A DNA stretch of 64,000 bases from Escherichia phage vB_EcoM_Ozark, in sequence record NC_054927.1. One strand, given 5' to 3'. The number at the start of each line of letters is the position of its first letter. The first letter of the stretch is position 1. Made by a program: the position numbers and the translations under genes. Positions 1 through 10,094 of the stretch are shown here, piece by piece. The notes below the pieces were generated by a model that saw only the letters and a program-made list of their open reading frames with translations, was not told the DNA's origin and searched no databases.

Positions 1-695
1 CTGGTATTCTGGCTACCGAAATCATGCTGGAAATCAACCGTGAAGTTGTTGATTGGATTAACTACTCGGCTCAGGTTGGTAAATCTGGTATGACCCTGAC
101 TCCAGGTTCTAAAGCTGGTGTATTTGACTTCCAGGATCCGATTGATATTCGTGGTGCTCGCTGGGCGGGTGAATCCTTTAAAGCTCTGTTGTTCCAGATT
201 GACAAAGAAGCAGTTGAAATTGCTCGTCAGACCGGTCGTGGTGAAGGTAACTTCATTATCGCTTCCCGTAACGTAGTTAACGTTCTGGCTTCAGTTGATA
301 CTGGCATTTCTTATGCTGCACAGGGTCTGGCTACCGGCTTTAACACTGATACTACCAAGTCAGTATTTGCTGGTGTTCTGGGTGGTAAATACCGTGTATA
401 TATCGACCAGTATGCTAAACAGGATTATTTCACTGTAGGTTATAAAGGTCCGAACGAAATGGATGCTGGTATTTACTATGCTCCATATGTAGCTCTGACT
501 CCGCTGCGTGGTTCCGATCCGAAGAACTTCCAACCAGTAATGGGATTCAAAACTCGTTACGGTATCGGTATCAACCCATTTGCAGAATCCGCTGCTCAGG
601 CTCCGGCTTCTCGCATTCAAAGCGGTATGCCTTCTATTCTGAATAGCCTTGGTAAAAACGCTTACTTCCGCCGTGTATATGTTAAAGGTATCTAA
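1..695 (+). CDS. 23: Major capsid protein gp23, C-terminal part (gene continues upstream of window)
   Basis: Frame is open from window start; translation matches remembered T4 gp23 C-terminus (..GIGINPFAESAAQAPASRIQSGMPSILNSLGKNAYFRRVYVKGI). Confidence 0.9.
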   Translation, partial: GILATEIMLEINREVVDWINYSAQVGKSGMTLTPGSKAGVFDFQDPIDIRGARWAGESFKALLFQIDKEAVEIARQTGRGEGNFIIASRNVVNVLASVDTGISYAAQGLATGFNTDTTKSVFAGVLGGKYRVYIDQYAKQDYFTVGYKGPNEMDAGIYYAPYVALTPLRGSDPKNFQPVMGFKTRYGIGINPFAESAAQAPASRIQSGMPSILNSLGKNAYFRRVYVKGI

Positions 696-710
696 TCTTT
701 GACGATTTAA

Positions 711-726
711 GGGACCTTCGGGTCCC
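711..726. terminator. GC-rich tetraloop hairpin gggaccttcgggtccc after gene 23
   Basis: Perfect inverted repeat with UUCG loop, followed by T-run. Confidence 0.5.
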
Positions 727-743
727 TTTAGTTGTTTTTATGG

Positions 744-751
744 TATAAATA
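744..751 (+). promoter_or_regulatory. T4-type late promoter TATAAATA upstream of gene 24
   Basis: Exact TATAAATA about 27 nt upstream of the ATG at 779. Confidence 0.6.
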
Positions 752-778
752 AATCATATAAACCAAAAGGAAAGCGCA

Positions 779-2062
779 ATGGCTAAAATCAACGAACTTC
801 TGCGCGAATCAACCACAACGAATAGCAACTCAATCGGTCGCCCAAATCTCGTTGCTTTGACTCGCGCTACCACTAAATTAATATATTCTGACATTGTAGC
901 AACGCAAAGAACTAATCAACCTGTTGCTGCTTTTTACGGTATCAAATACCTTAACCCAGATAACGAATTTACGTTTAAAACTGGTGCTACTTACGCTGGC
1001 GAAGCTGGGTACGTAGACCGAGAACAAATCACAGAATTAACAGAAGAGTCTAAATTAACTCTCAATAAAGGCGATTTATTCAAATATAATAATATCGTTT
1101 ATAAAGTATTAGAAGATACACCATTTGCTACCATTGAAGAAAGCGATTTAGAATTAGCTCTTCAGATTGCAATTGTTCTTTTAAAGGTTCGTCTATTTTC
1201 TGACGCAGCATCAACAAGCAAATTTGAAAGCTCTGATAGCGAAATTGCTGATGCTAGATTCCAGATTAATAAATGGCAAACCGCAGTTAAATCTCGTAAA
1301 CTTAAAACTGGCATCACAGTTGAATTAGCACAAGATTTAGAAGCAAATGGATTCGATGCTCCTAATTTCTTGGAAGATTTGCTTGCAACTGAAATGGCGG
1401 ATGAAATCAATAAAGATATTCTACAGTCTTTGATTACAGTATCAAAACGATATAAAGTTACAGGAATTACTGATACTGGATTCATTGATTTGAGTTATGC
1501 ATCTGCACCTGAAGCTGGCCGTTCATTATACCGAATGGTATGTGAAATGGTTTCGCATATCCAAAAAGAATCAACTTATACAGCAACGTTCTGCGTTGCT
1601 TCAGCTCGTGCCGCTGCGATTCTTGCTGCATCAGGTTGGTTAAAACATAAACCAGAAGATGACAAATATCTTTCACAAAATGCCTACGGGTTCTTAGCTA
1701 ATGGTTTACCACTTTATTGTGATACTAACAGCCCATTAGATTATGTAATCGTTGGTGTGGTAGAAAATATCGGTGAAAAAGAAATTGTCGGATCAATTTT
1801 CTATGCTCCGTATACAGAAGGTCTTGACTTAGATGACCCTGAACATGTAGGTGCATTTAAAGTTGTAGTTGATCCAGAAAGCTTACAACCATCTATCGGT
1901 TTATTGGTTAGATATGCTTTATCTGCAAATCCTTACACTGTAGCAAAAGATGAAAAAGAAGCAAGAATAATTGACGGTGGAGACATGGATAAAATGGCAG
2001 GTCGTTCAGATTTGTCTGTTTTATTAGGTGTTAAGCTACCAAAAATTATTGTTGATGAATAA
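779..2062 (+). CDS. 24: Head vertex protein gp24
   Basis: 427 aa, same length as T4 gp24; capsid-like sequence, directly downstream of gene 23. Confidence 0.9.
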   Translation: MAKINELLRESTTTNSNSIGRPNLVALTRATTKLIYSDIVATQRTNQPVAAFYGIKYLNPDNEFTFKTGATYAGEAGYVDREQITELTEESKLTLNKGDLFKYNNIVYKVLEDTPFATIEESDLELALQIAIVLLKVRLFSDAASTSKFESSDSEIADARFQINKWQTAVKSRKLKTGITVELAQDLEANGFDAPNFLEDLLATEMADEINKDILQSLITVSKRYKVTGITDTGFIDLSYASAPEAGRSLYRMVCEMVSHIQKESTYTATFCVASARAAAILAASGWLKHKPEDDKYLSQNAYGFLANGLPLYCDTNSPLDYVIVGVVENIGEKEIVGSIFYAPYTEGLDLDDPEHVGAFKVVVDPESLQPSIGLLVRYALSANPYTVAKDEKEARIIDGGDMDKMAGRSDLSVLLGVKLPKIIVDE

Positions 2063-2068
2063 AACAAA

Positions 2069-2084
2069 GGGACCGAAAGGTCCC
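2069..2084. terminator. Bidirectional hairpin gggaccgaaaggtccc between convergent genes 24 and rnlB
   Basis: Perfect palindrome with GAAA loop flanked by A-run and T-run. Confidence 0.55.
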
Positions 2085-2091
2085 TTTTTAT

Positions 2092-3096
2092 TTAACTTAC
2101 CAATTCAATCCAAGCCGGACGAAGTACATCTTGTACCATTTTAACTAATTCCTTTTTAATCAAAGAAGGATTATCCGCTTGAGTTAGAGTAATACCTTCA
2201 CGAGAAGTTTCTTCCAAAATATCTTGAACAGTTAGTCCCATCACCTTTCCAAAATCTTTTGGACCAATTTCGCCAATTTTAGAAATAACGTTATTTACTC
2301 GGTTCAGTGTAACGTAGCAAGCTAAAATTCCCAGCAATTTATTATCAGCTTCTGACAGCTCAACTTTAGCTTTAATAGGCTTATCAGACTTTTTCTTTTC
2401 ACTAAATTTGGAATTCTTGCATTTGATGGCTACACGATTGCCATTAGGCATCCAAGAAGGATAACAAGGTTTCAATACATATCCTTCAGCAGTAAATACT
2501 TCGCCTTTTGCTTCAGCATTCCAAACACATTTATTTGCATCAACTAATCCAGCATGGTCTACTGTAAAATTATAATCTTGAACAACAGAATCTAAATCAT
2601 TTGGCAATTTAATAAGCTCTTCAAATTTACCGCGACCTAAAAGTGGAGCCATTTTAAATTTAAATGTATTACAGAATGATTCCATCATATAATCATCGAC
2701 ATAAGTCACATCACCACTTTCTGTAGTGACAATAATGTCAAATACATAAAAATCTTTATCGCCATAATCAACATTCTTCTGAATGCCAGGTCCAGCGAAT
2801 TCGCCAAAAACTTGATAAGATACAACCGCTGAAGTTTCCATAATATCTTGTACTGCTTTAATGGAATCAGCGTAATTCTTTAGAATAATTTCATACCCAA
2901 AGAAATCTTCAGCAGGAAGAATTGGTCCAGTACGTTTAGCGCAAGTTACTTTATCACGCTCAATAATCAATGAGAAATTTGTGCCGTGAATCTTTTCACG
3001 AGCTACCCACTCCCCACCAGTCAATCCCAGGCTATAAAGTTTTTCAATAAATTTAGAGTTGTAATGATTTTCAAGACTGCTATACTTTTTAAACAT
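2092..3096 (-). CDS. rnlB: RNA ligase 2
   Basis: 334 aa; KIHGTN nucleotidyltransferase lysine motif; matches remembered T4 Rnl2. Confidence 0.9.
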   Translation of the reverse strand: MFKKYSSLENHYNSKFIEKLYSLGLTGGEWVAREKIHGTNFSLIIERDKVTCAKRTGPILPAEDFFGYEIILKNYADSIKAVQDIMETSAVVSYQVFGEFAGPGIQKNVDYGDKDFYVFDIIVTTESGDVTYVDDYMMESFCNTFKFKMAPLLGRGKFEELIKLPNDLDSVVQDYNFTVDHAGLVDANKCVWNAEAKGEVFTAEGYVLKPCYPSWMPNGNRVAIKCKNSKFSEKKKSDKPIKAKVELSEADNKLLGILACYVTLNRVNNVISKIGEIGPKDFGKVMGLTVQDILEETSREGITLTQADNPSLIKKELVKMVQDVLRPAWIELVS

Positions 3097-3105
3097 AATT
3101 AATCC

Positions 3106-3384
3106 TCAAAATGTAATTTCTAACCAATCACCATCACGCTGATCACTATTGACTTTAAAGCTAAATCCTTCTTTTCTCAGCCAATCACCAATTTCTTCAG
3201 TAATCAATTTATCACGAGCAATACAATAATAATTAAAATGTGTTTTACCTTGTTCAGCTGCTTTATTAGCAAGTTCCGAAAAATCTTTAATAAAACATTC
3301 TAGCTTAAACTGTTTACTTTTGAATGCTTTTTCGCGTAATTGATTAGCAAAAGATGCATTTTCATAAAGATCATACTGTTCCAT
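3106..3384 (-). CDS. Hypothetical protein (position of T4 24.2)
   Basis: 92-aa ORF with ATG start, packed between rnlB and next gene. Confidence 0.55.
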   Translation of the reverse strand: MEQYDLYENASFANQLREKAFKSKQFKLECFIKDFSELANKAAEQGKTHFNYYCIARDKLITEEIGDWLRKEGFSFKVNSDQRDGDWLEITF

Positions 3385-3586
3385 TTTTCACCTTTTTATT
3401 GATATGTCTTTTTCTATAGACAACTTTTTCTCGAGTTTCAAATTTATTCTTAGCAGTCATAGCTCGAGCCCATAATACAGCCACTTCTTTTGCCTGTAAG
3501 TTTAATTCACGAGCAATTTCAATGAATGACTTTCCAGACTCATGAAGAGTAAACACCACAACCTCAGTTCTCATAATCAATCTCAT
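3371..3586 (-). CDS. Hypothetical small protein with helix-turn-helix-like segment (position of T4 24.3)
   Basis: 71-aa ORF; segment IEIARELNLQAKEVAVLWARA resembles an HTH. Confidence 0.5.
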   Translation of the reverse strand: MRLIMRTEVVVFTLHESGKSFIEIARELNLQAKEVAVLWARAMTAKNKFETREKVVYRKRHINKKVKNGTV

Positions 3587-3675
3587 GTTATCGAGTTGGT
3601 GCCATTATATACATCATTTTCTGATTGTGTTTTGTGTGCTTTCAAAATGAAGAAAGGGGCCGAAGCCCCTTATGA

Positions 3676-4806
3676 TTATGGATAGGTATAGATGATACCA
3701 GTTTCTAAAGCAGTTTTATGAATGATGTATCCATTACGCGATTCTTGAACATCAACTTCTGGATAGTCTTTCATCATCTTCTGAAGAGTGTAACGATGCA
3801 AGTAGTACTTACTATCTGGATCGTCAGTTTTCCAATCTTTACCTTCTTCGGTCATTTTTTGGATTTCATCCATAACCCACCAACCGCACCAGATGTAAGC
3901 TGAAGTACGATGTGGAAGAGGATGAACATAAGGTAATTCACCTTCTGGTTCTGGAGCAACTTTATCAGTTACCTGAACTTGACCTGTTGCTGTAATAGTT
4001 TTGCTATCATAATCAGCAGCAGTAACAGTTGCAGTAACTTCAATAGTTTGACTTCCAACAGATGAAGTATCAACGGTATATACATTAGTTGACCCTTCTA
4101 CAGGAGAAGAATCTTTCTTCCATGAATAAGTAATTTGCGCTTCTTCTGGAGCATCAGTAACATTAGCAGTAAATGTAGCCGAAGCATCTTGCTGAACGTT
4201 AATAGAAGGAGGAGTCAATGTAACCTGTGGATTCATTGTCTTCTTATTAACCGTTAATGATACTTCATTAGAAGTAACTTCCTTTGCATCATAATCAGCC
4301 GCGGTTACTTGGGCTACGCATTTAATTCTTTTTACTCCACTTGTAGTTGGAGTATAGCTAAATGTAGAGTTAGTTTCTCCACCAACTTGTGAATCATCTA
4401 CATACCACTGATACGTAGCAGACGCTCCAACGGGTTGAGAAGCTAAGGCAGCGGTAAATTCAACAGCTGTTCCAATCACTCCAGCAGCAGGACTATCAGG
4501 AGTTACTGCCAAGGTAGTCGTTTGTGTCTTATTTTGAACTGTGATAGTTGTTGTCGCTTCAGCCGTTTCCGGGCCTCCTTCAGAAAGTGTATTTGTTGCA
4601 ACTACTTTAATAGTCTTTTGACCGGCAGGTCCTTTTAGTACATAACTAAAAGTTGCTTCAGCTCCATCTTGTGGAGCATCATCTACAATCCAAGCATATG
4701 TAATAGTTCCGCCTCCAGTTTCACCACTGGGTGTAGCAGTAAACTGCTGAGTCTGATCTATAACTCCAGTAGGTGTTTTAGGAGTTATATCAACTGTAAA
4801 AGCCAT
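3676..4806 (-). CDS. hoc: Highly immunogenic outer capsid protein Hoc
   Basis: 376 aa, T/S-rich repeated Ig-like segments; synteny between 24.x and inh. Confidence 0.85.
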   Translation of the reverse strand: MAFTVDITPKTPTGVIDQTQQFTATPSGETGGGTITYAWIVDDAPQDGAEATFSYVLKGPAGQKTIKVVATNTLSEGGPETAEATTTITVQNKTQTTTLAVTPDSPAAGVIGTAVEFTAALASQPVGASATYQWYVDDSQVGGETNSTFSYTPTTSGVKRIKCVAQVTAADYDAKEVTSNEVSLTVNKKTMNPQVTLTPPSINVQQDASATFTANVTDAPEEAQITYSWKKDSSPVEGSTNVYTVDTSSVGSQTIEVTATVTAADYDSKTITATGQVQVTDKVAPEPEGELPYVHPLPHRTSAYIWCGWWVMDEIQKMTEEGKDWKTDDPDSKYYLHRYTLQKMMKDYPEVDVQESRNGYIIHKTALETGIIYTYP

Positions 4807-4815
4807 AAGTTATCC

Positions 4816-5496
4816 TTATTTTAATGTTACGAAAGAAGAATTGCGTGTTTCACGAATTAAAACTGATCCGTCACGGTTAATGTAATAAATTAAGCTAAAT
4901 AAAGTTTGGTGTGCTGACGCATGCTCAAAACTTGTTGGGTGAGATTTCCAATCCGGAGTTTCAGCAATCCATTGATAAATCCACCAAGGAACAGTGCAGA
5001 ATCCTGGATTTTTTCCAATCAGCTGAAGATTCGGACTAAAGTTTTCCGGAAGAGTAAATACAGACGGCTTTTCAGATTCAATAATCTCAGCTACAGCTTG
5101 TTCGAATTTTTCTTCAACAAAAGGAGTATCTTCAATCAAAACATCGGTATTTTCAGGAATTTTATCCTTTTCTACTACTTCAATTTTAATGTCAGATTTA
5201 ACCGGAGAATCAATCAAAAGTGCTGCTTCTGGATTGACTTCTTCATCGTCATATTTTAATCCCTCTGCGGCATCAGCAGCATCAATTAAGTCTTTAATAG
5301 ATAACCCATCAGTCTCTGGCATAGGTTCACTAGCGAGCTTCTGGAGGGCTTCTTCAATATCAACAACGATATTATCAAAAGATTTATTCTTTTTGACCTT
5401 TATACCAAACTGTTCAGCGTATTCAGCTAATTTAGCTTTAGCTTCTTTATTATCATCAAGAGCCTTCAGCTCTGCAATATAATCTTTATCTATCAT
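4816..5496 (-). CDS. inh: Inh, inhibitor of prohead protease
   Basis: 226 aa, acidic; position and length as T4 inh. Confidence 0.75.
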   Translation of the reverse strand: MIDKDYIAELKALDDNKEAKAKLAEYAEQFGIKVKKNKSFDNIVVDIEEALQKLASEPMPETDGLSIKDLIDAADAAEGLKYDDEEVNPEAALLIDSPVKSDIKIEVVEKDKIPENTDVLIEDTPFVEEKFEQAVAEIIESEKPSVFTLPENFSPNLQLIGKNPGFCTVPWWIYQWIAETPDWKSHPTSFEHASAHQTLFSLIYYINRDGSVLIRETRNSSFVTLK

Positions 5497-5546
5497 AATA
5501 TTTCCTCAGTATAAATATAGATATATTTATTACATGGTATTTAGAC

Positions 5547-7058
5547 ATGACTGACATTAAAGTACATTTTTATGATTTTAGTCACGTGAGAATTGATTGT
5601 GAAGAAAGTACATTTCATGAACTCCGTGATTTCTTTAGCTTTGAAGCTGATGGGTATCGTTTTAATCCGAAATACAAATATGGCCACTGGGATGGACGAA
5701 TCCGTCTTTTAGATTATAATCGTCTTCTTCCATTCGGCTTAGTCGGGCAAATTAAAAAGTTCTGTGATAACTTTGGCTATAAAGCCTGGATTGACCCACA
5801 AATTAACGAAAAAGAAGAATTATCAAGAAAAGATTTTGATGAATGGCTTTCTAAATTAGAAATCTATTCAGGAAATAAAAGAATTGAACCACACTGGTAT
5901 CAAAAAGATGCAGTGTTCGAAGGATTAGTTAATCGTCGTAGAATTCTTAATCTTCCAACATCCGCAGGTAAATCGTTAATTCAAGCTTTGCTTGCGCGAT
6001 ATTATTTGGAAAATTATGAAGGTAAAATTCTTATCATTGTTCCAACAACTGCCTTAACAACTCAGATGGCTGATGACTTTGTTGACTATCGTTTATTCAG
6101 TCATGCAATGATAAAGAAAATTGGTGGCGGAGCATCAAAAGATGATAAATATAAAAATGATGCACCAGTCGTTGTTGGTACATGGCAAACTGTAGTTAAA
6201 CAACCGAAAGAGTGGTTCTCCCAATTTGGAATGATGATGAATGATGAATGTCATCTTGCTACAGGAAAAAGTATTTCATCTATCATATCAGGTTTAAATA
6301 ACTGCATGTTCAAATTTGGTCTATCTGGTTCATTACGTGATGGCAAAGCCAATATCATGCAGTATGTTGGAATGTTTGGTGAAATATTTAAGCCAGTAAC
6401 GACTTCTAAATTAATGGAAGATGGACAAGTAACTGAGCTAAAAATTAATAGTATTTTTCTTCGCTATCCCGATGAGTTTACTACTAAATTAAAGGGAAAA
6501 ACTTACCAAGAAGAAATAAAAATTATTACTGGGCTTAGTAAAAGAAATAAATGGATCGCTAAATTAGCTATTAAGCTTGCACAAAAAGATGAAAACGCTT
6601 TTGTCATGTTTAAACATGTATCACATGGTAAAGCTATTTTCGATTTAATTAAAAATGAATACGATAAAGTTTATTACGTATCAGGGGAAGTTGATACCGA
6701 AACTCGAAACATAATGAAAACCTTAGCTGAAAACGGTAAAGGAATAATTATAGTAGCTAGTTATGGTGTATTTTCTACTGGTATTTCAGTTAAAAATCTG
6801 CATCATGTTGTTTTAGCGCACGGTGTTAAATCTAAAATTATTGTATTGCAAACAATAGGTCGTGTATTACGTAAGCATGGTTCTAAAACAATCGCAACGG
6901 TCTGGGACCTCATTGATGATTGCGGTGTTAAGCCAAAATCTGCTAATACAAAAAAGAAATATGTTCATTTGAACTATCTTTTAAAACACGGCATTGATCG
7001 TATTCAGCGCTACGCAGATGAAAAATTTAATTACGTAATGAAAACAGTTAATTTATAA
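5547..7058 (+). CDS. uvsW: UvsW helicase
   Basis: 503 aa; Walker A LPTSAGKS, DECH box MMNDECHLA, SF2 helicase motifs. Confidence 0.9.
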   Translation: MTDIKVHFYDFSHVRIDCEESTFHELRDFFSFEADGYRFNPKYKYGHWDGRIRLLDYNRLLPFGLVGQIKKFCDNFGYKAWIDPQINEKEELSRKDFDEWLSKLEIYSGNKRIEPHWYQKDAVFEGLVNRRRILNLPTSAGKSLIQALLARYYLENYEGKILIIVPTTALTTQMADDFVDYRLFSHAMIKKIGGGASKDDKYKNDAPVVVGTWQTVVKQPKEWFSQFGMMMNDECHLATGKSISSIISGLNNCMFKFGLSGSLRDGKANIMQYVGMFGEIFKPVTTSKLMEDGQVTELKINSIFLRYPDEFTTKLKGKTYQEEIKIITGLSKRNKWIAKLAIKLAQKDENAFVMFKHVSHGKAIFDLIKNEYDKVYYVSGEVDTETRNIMKTLAENGKGIIIVASYGVFSTGISVKNLHHVVLAHGVKSKIIVLQTIGRVLRKHGSKTIATVWDLIDDCGVKPKSANTKKKYVHLNYLLKHGIDRIQRYADEKFNYVMKTVNL

Positions 7059-7083
7059 GGGCTTCGGCCCTTTGGAGAAAAAG

Positions 7084-7314
7084 ATGTTACTAGAATTTAA
7101 ACAATTTCTTTATGAAGCTTCTATTGATGAATTTATGGGTAAAATTGCCTCTTGTCAAACATTAGAAGGTTTAGAAGAACTTGAAGCTTATTATAAGAAA
7201 AGAGTCAAAGAAACTGAATTAAAAGATACTGATGACATCTCAGTCAGAGATGCTTTGGCAGGAAAAAGAGCTGAATTAGAAGATTCAGACGATGAAGTAG
7301 AAGAAAGCTTTTAA
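7084..7314 (+). CDS. uvsW.1: UvsW.1 small acidic protein
   Basis: Track ORF begins at TTG 7072; ATG at 7084 preceded by GGAGAAAAAG gives 76 aa; hairpin separates it from uvsW. Confidence 0.65.
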   Translation: MLLEFKQFLYEASIDEFMGKIASCQTLEGLEELEAYYKKRVKETELKDTDDISVRDALAGKRAELEDSDDEVEESF

Positions 7315-7369
7315 ATTAAAAAAGGCCCAACCAAAAAGGAAGGGCCAAAACTATAGACTAAAGGTCACA

Positions 7370-7537
7370 CTATAGCAAAAGTTGTGTTTCATTTAATTGT
7401 TCTTCCGAACTTTCTGAAACTGGTAGTTCTTTAATGTAATTATAGCAAGGCCCAGGATGTACAGGACCTTTGTCTGTTTCAACAACCAATGCAGAATCGA
7501 TTGGAGTTTTACAGACAACACAAATCTTATCTGACAT
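7370..7537 (-). CDS. Small Cys-containing ORF (55 aa; position of T4 uvsY.-2), below ORF-track size cutoff
   Basis: Hand-translated MSDKICVVCKTPIDSALVVETDKGPVHPGPCYNY...; coordinates approximate. Confidence 0.35.
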   Translation of the reverse strand: MSDKICVVCKTPIDSALVVETDKGPVHPGPCYNYIKELPVSESSEEQLNETQLLL

Positions 7538-7565
7538 GATTGTCTCCTCTGAATTATATATCTAT

Positions 7566-7790
7566 TTATACAACTCTCATATGCATATCAATGCCCATAT
7601 CTTTAGAATAAAAATATTCATCAAGATATCCGGCAAATTTTCCTTTAATATAAAGGACATCTTCACCACACGGATGGTCGGCCAGGATACGAATATCCTG
7701 ACGCTTAAGATTATGCTTTTTCATTAAGAATTGAATTTCCGTTTCAAATTCTTCTTCATAATTAAAAGCATCATCAATGCTATATCTCAT
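7566..7790 (-). CDS. Hypothetical protein (position of T4 uvsY.-1)
   Basis: 74-aa ORF, ATG start overlapping uvsY stop. Confidence 0.6.
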   Translation of the reverse strand: MRYSIDDAFNYEEEFETEIQFLMKKHNLKRQDIRILADHPCGEDVLYIKGKFAGYLDEYFYSKDMGIDMHMRVV

Positions 7791-8203
7791 TATTTTCCAG
7801 CCTCAAATGCCCGCATGTCTTGAATATGCTTAATAGCAAATCCGCGTGATTTGATAGCATCAAGAGCTCCACTACAGAAATCTAATAAAATCCCCCAATA
7901 CTGTAGCGAGGTATCAACCTTTAAAACATCCTTATCAGCTGATAGAACTGTTTTCATTTCTGATTTCTCGTAACGATCCATACTAAATTCATCACCATCT
8001 CCTCGTCCCGAGTAGTAGTCTAATTTAGCTTTAAGAGCAACTTTTTTCTGTGCATCAATTCTAAGCATTTCCTTTTTAATACTTGAATGCTTATTAAGCC
8101 ATTTACTATATAACATCACATTATTAGCTGCTTCATACTGTAATTTAGTCGAATCTATAAACACATCTTTCTTCAATTCTTCTTGAAGATCTTCTAATCT
8201 CAT
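7790..8203 (-). CDS. uvsY: UvsY recombination mediator
   Basis: 137 aa, same length as T4 UvsY. Confidence 0.85.
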   Translation of the reverse strand: MRLEDLQEELKKDVFIDSTKLQYEAANNVMLYSKWLNKHSSIKKEMLRIDAQKKVALKAKLDYYSGRGDGDEFSMDRYEKSEMKTVLSADKDVLKVDTSLQYWGILLDFCSGALDAIKSRGFAIKHIQDMRAFEAGK

Positions 8204-8269
8204 ATTGTTCTCTATTCAATTGTTATTGGATGGACTTAGATTCATTATACCACGTTTATACGTGAAGCA

Positions 8270-8668
8270 TTATACTCTATTACTAGAAGCCAATTGCAGT
8301 TTTATCTGCTCAATATCATCAGGGTTATCGATGACCGAAAAGCGTATTTCTACTATCAGAGTATAATCATCATAAACGGGTATCACATTAACTGCTAATT
8401 TATCAATACGTGGCTCATAGTTTCTTACTGCGCTTTCGATATTGCGCTCAACCGTGTCAGCAGTAAGAGGAGTCATATTTTCAAAAAGCTGGTCTGATAA
8501 ATCACATCCAAATTCAGGGTCAAACGGTCTTGAACCTTTTCTTGTTGTAATAATTCCTAAAAGGCTATTTTTAATTGACCTTAATCCAAGAGATCTGGAA
8601 ACGTCTTTGTCCCAGTCCATTTTCATTTCTGGGTCAATGTCAGAATAAAGCTTATTAATATTTGCCAT
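8270..8668 (-). CDS. 25: Baseplate wedge protein gp25
   Basis: 132 aa; gp25/lysozyme-like fold family sequence; synteny. Confidence 0.85.
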   Translation of the reverse strand: MANINKLYSDIDPEMKMDWDKDVSRSLGLRSIKNSLLGIITTRKGSRPFDPEFGCDLSDQLFENMTPLTADTVERNIESAVRNYEPRIDKLAVNVIPVYDDYTLIVEIRFSVIDNPDDIEQIKLQLASSNRV

Positions 8669-9294
8669 TATAATAACTCAAAGAACTCTTTGAGGCCTCT
8701 TATTACATGAGCATGGGTTTTTCCACACTCTGGACATTTAATTGGAACAGCCAAATAAACGGTAGGCTTTAAAAGCATATCTTTTATAGCTACAATATCT
8801 GACTCTGTGATGATAGAATATAAATCTTCCAACTCTTTTTCATTTAAGTCTTCAATTGGAATGCTTTCCCCGTTAGCATGAATCGTTTCTATACATGATA
8901 CTATCATATGGGCTATATTTTTATCATCAAAAATTTTGGGGTAATGGAACTTAATTTTAATGTCACCTAGTGTATACCAGAGGTCTTCTGGTGCATCTAT
9001 TTGTGTATGTAATAGATTTATATGGGTTGGTATTTCAGTTCCACAGGTGCACTTCCAGGAGTTTTCGTGATTAACTTCACCAAGAGAATGTGCCCATAAA
9101 TGAATCAGCAATAGTTCTGATTCTTGACGGTTTAAATCTTTTGCATTTGTGCAGTCTTTGATTAGCTTTTTAACAATTACTTCTACAGAACCATTATTTT
9201 TTGCAGTAATAAGTTCTAGATATTCTTTAAGCGTGAATGCGCGACAATTGATTATTTTAGAACCAACTCTCACATCAAATTTGTATTCATACAT
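8668..9294 (-). CDS. 26: Baseplate hub protein gp26
   Basis: 208 aa; synteny 25-26-51-27. Confidence 0.8.
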   Translation of the reverse strand: MYEYKFDVRVGSKIINCRAFTLKEYLELITAKNNGSVEVIVKKLIKDCTNAKDLNRQESELLLIHLWAHSLGEVNHENSWKCTCGTEIPTHINLLHTQIDAPEDLWYTLGDIKIKFHYPKIFDDKNIAHMIVSCIETIHANGESIPIEDLNEKELEDLYSIITESDIVAIKDMLLKPTVYLAVPIKCPECGKTHAHVIRGLKEFFELL

Positions 9295-9315
9295 ATTTAG
9301 CTCCTTTATTTATCA

Positions 9316-9327
9316 TATTTATAAATA
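9316..9327. promoter_or_regulatory. Palindromic bidirectional late promoter TATTTATAAATA (genes 26/25 on minus, 51 on plus)
   Basis: 12-nt perfect palindrome yields TATAAATA on both strands, 17-21 nt from each divergent start codon. Confidence 0.6.
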
Positions 9328-9344
9328 GAATAAAAGGAGCATCT

Positions 9345-10094
9345 ATGGCAAACATTATTCGTTGTAAATTACCAGATGGTGTTCATCGTTTTAAACCATT
9401 TACGGTAGAAGATTATCGAGATTTTTTGTTAGTTCGAAACGATATAGAACATCGGTCACCACAAGAACAAAAAGAAGTAATTGCTGATTTAATTGCTGAT
9501 TATTTTGGAGACTATCCGAAGACTTGGCAACCATTTATATTTTTGCAGGTATTTGTAGGGTCAATAGGTAAAACTAAAGTACCGGTCACATTTGTATGTC
9601 CAAAATGTAAAAAAGAAAAGACAGTTCCATTTGAAATATATCAAAAAGAATTAAAGGAACCTGTTTTTGATGTAGCTAATGTTAAAATTAAATTAAAGTT
9701 TCCTTCTGAGTTTTATGAAAATAAAGCAAAGATGATTACTGAAAATATTCATTCTGTTCAAGTAGATGAAATATGGTATGATTGGAAGGAAATTAGTGAA
9801 TCAAGTCAAATAGAACTTGTTGACGCCATCGAGATAGAAACATTAGAAAAAATTCTCGATGCAATGAATCCTATTAATTTAACGCTACACATGTCATGCT
9901 GTGATAAGTATGTAAAAAAATACACTGATATAGTAGATGTGTTTAAGCTATTAGTTAACCCAGATGAGATATTTACTTTTTATCAAATTAATCACACACT
10001 CGTAAAAAGTAATTATAGTTTAAATTCAATAATGAAAATGATTCCTGCCGAGCGCGGATTCGTATTAAAACTGATTGAGAAGGATAAACAATAA
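9345..10094 (+). CDS. 51: Baseplate hub assembly protein gp51
   Basis: 249 aa; paired Cys clusters CPKCKK and SCCDK; synteny. Confidence 0.8.
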   Translation: MANIIRCKLPDGVHRFKPFTVEDYRDFLLVRNDIEHRSPQEQKEVIADLIADYFGDYPKTWQPFIFLQVFVGSIGKTKVPVTFVCPKCKKEKTVPFEIYQKELKEPVFDVANVKIKLKFPSEFYENKAKMITENIHSVQVDEIWYDWKEISESSQIELVDAIEIETLEKILDAMNPINLTLHMSCCDKYVKKYTDIVDVFKLLVNPDEIFTFYQINHTLVKSNYSLNSIMKMIPAERGFVLKLIEKDKQ

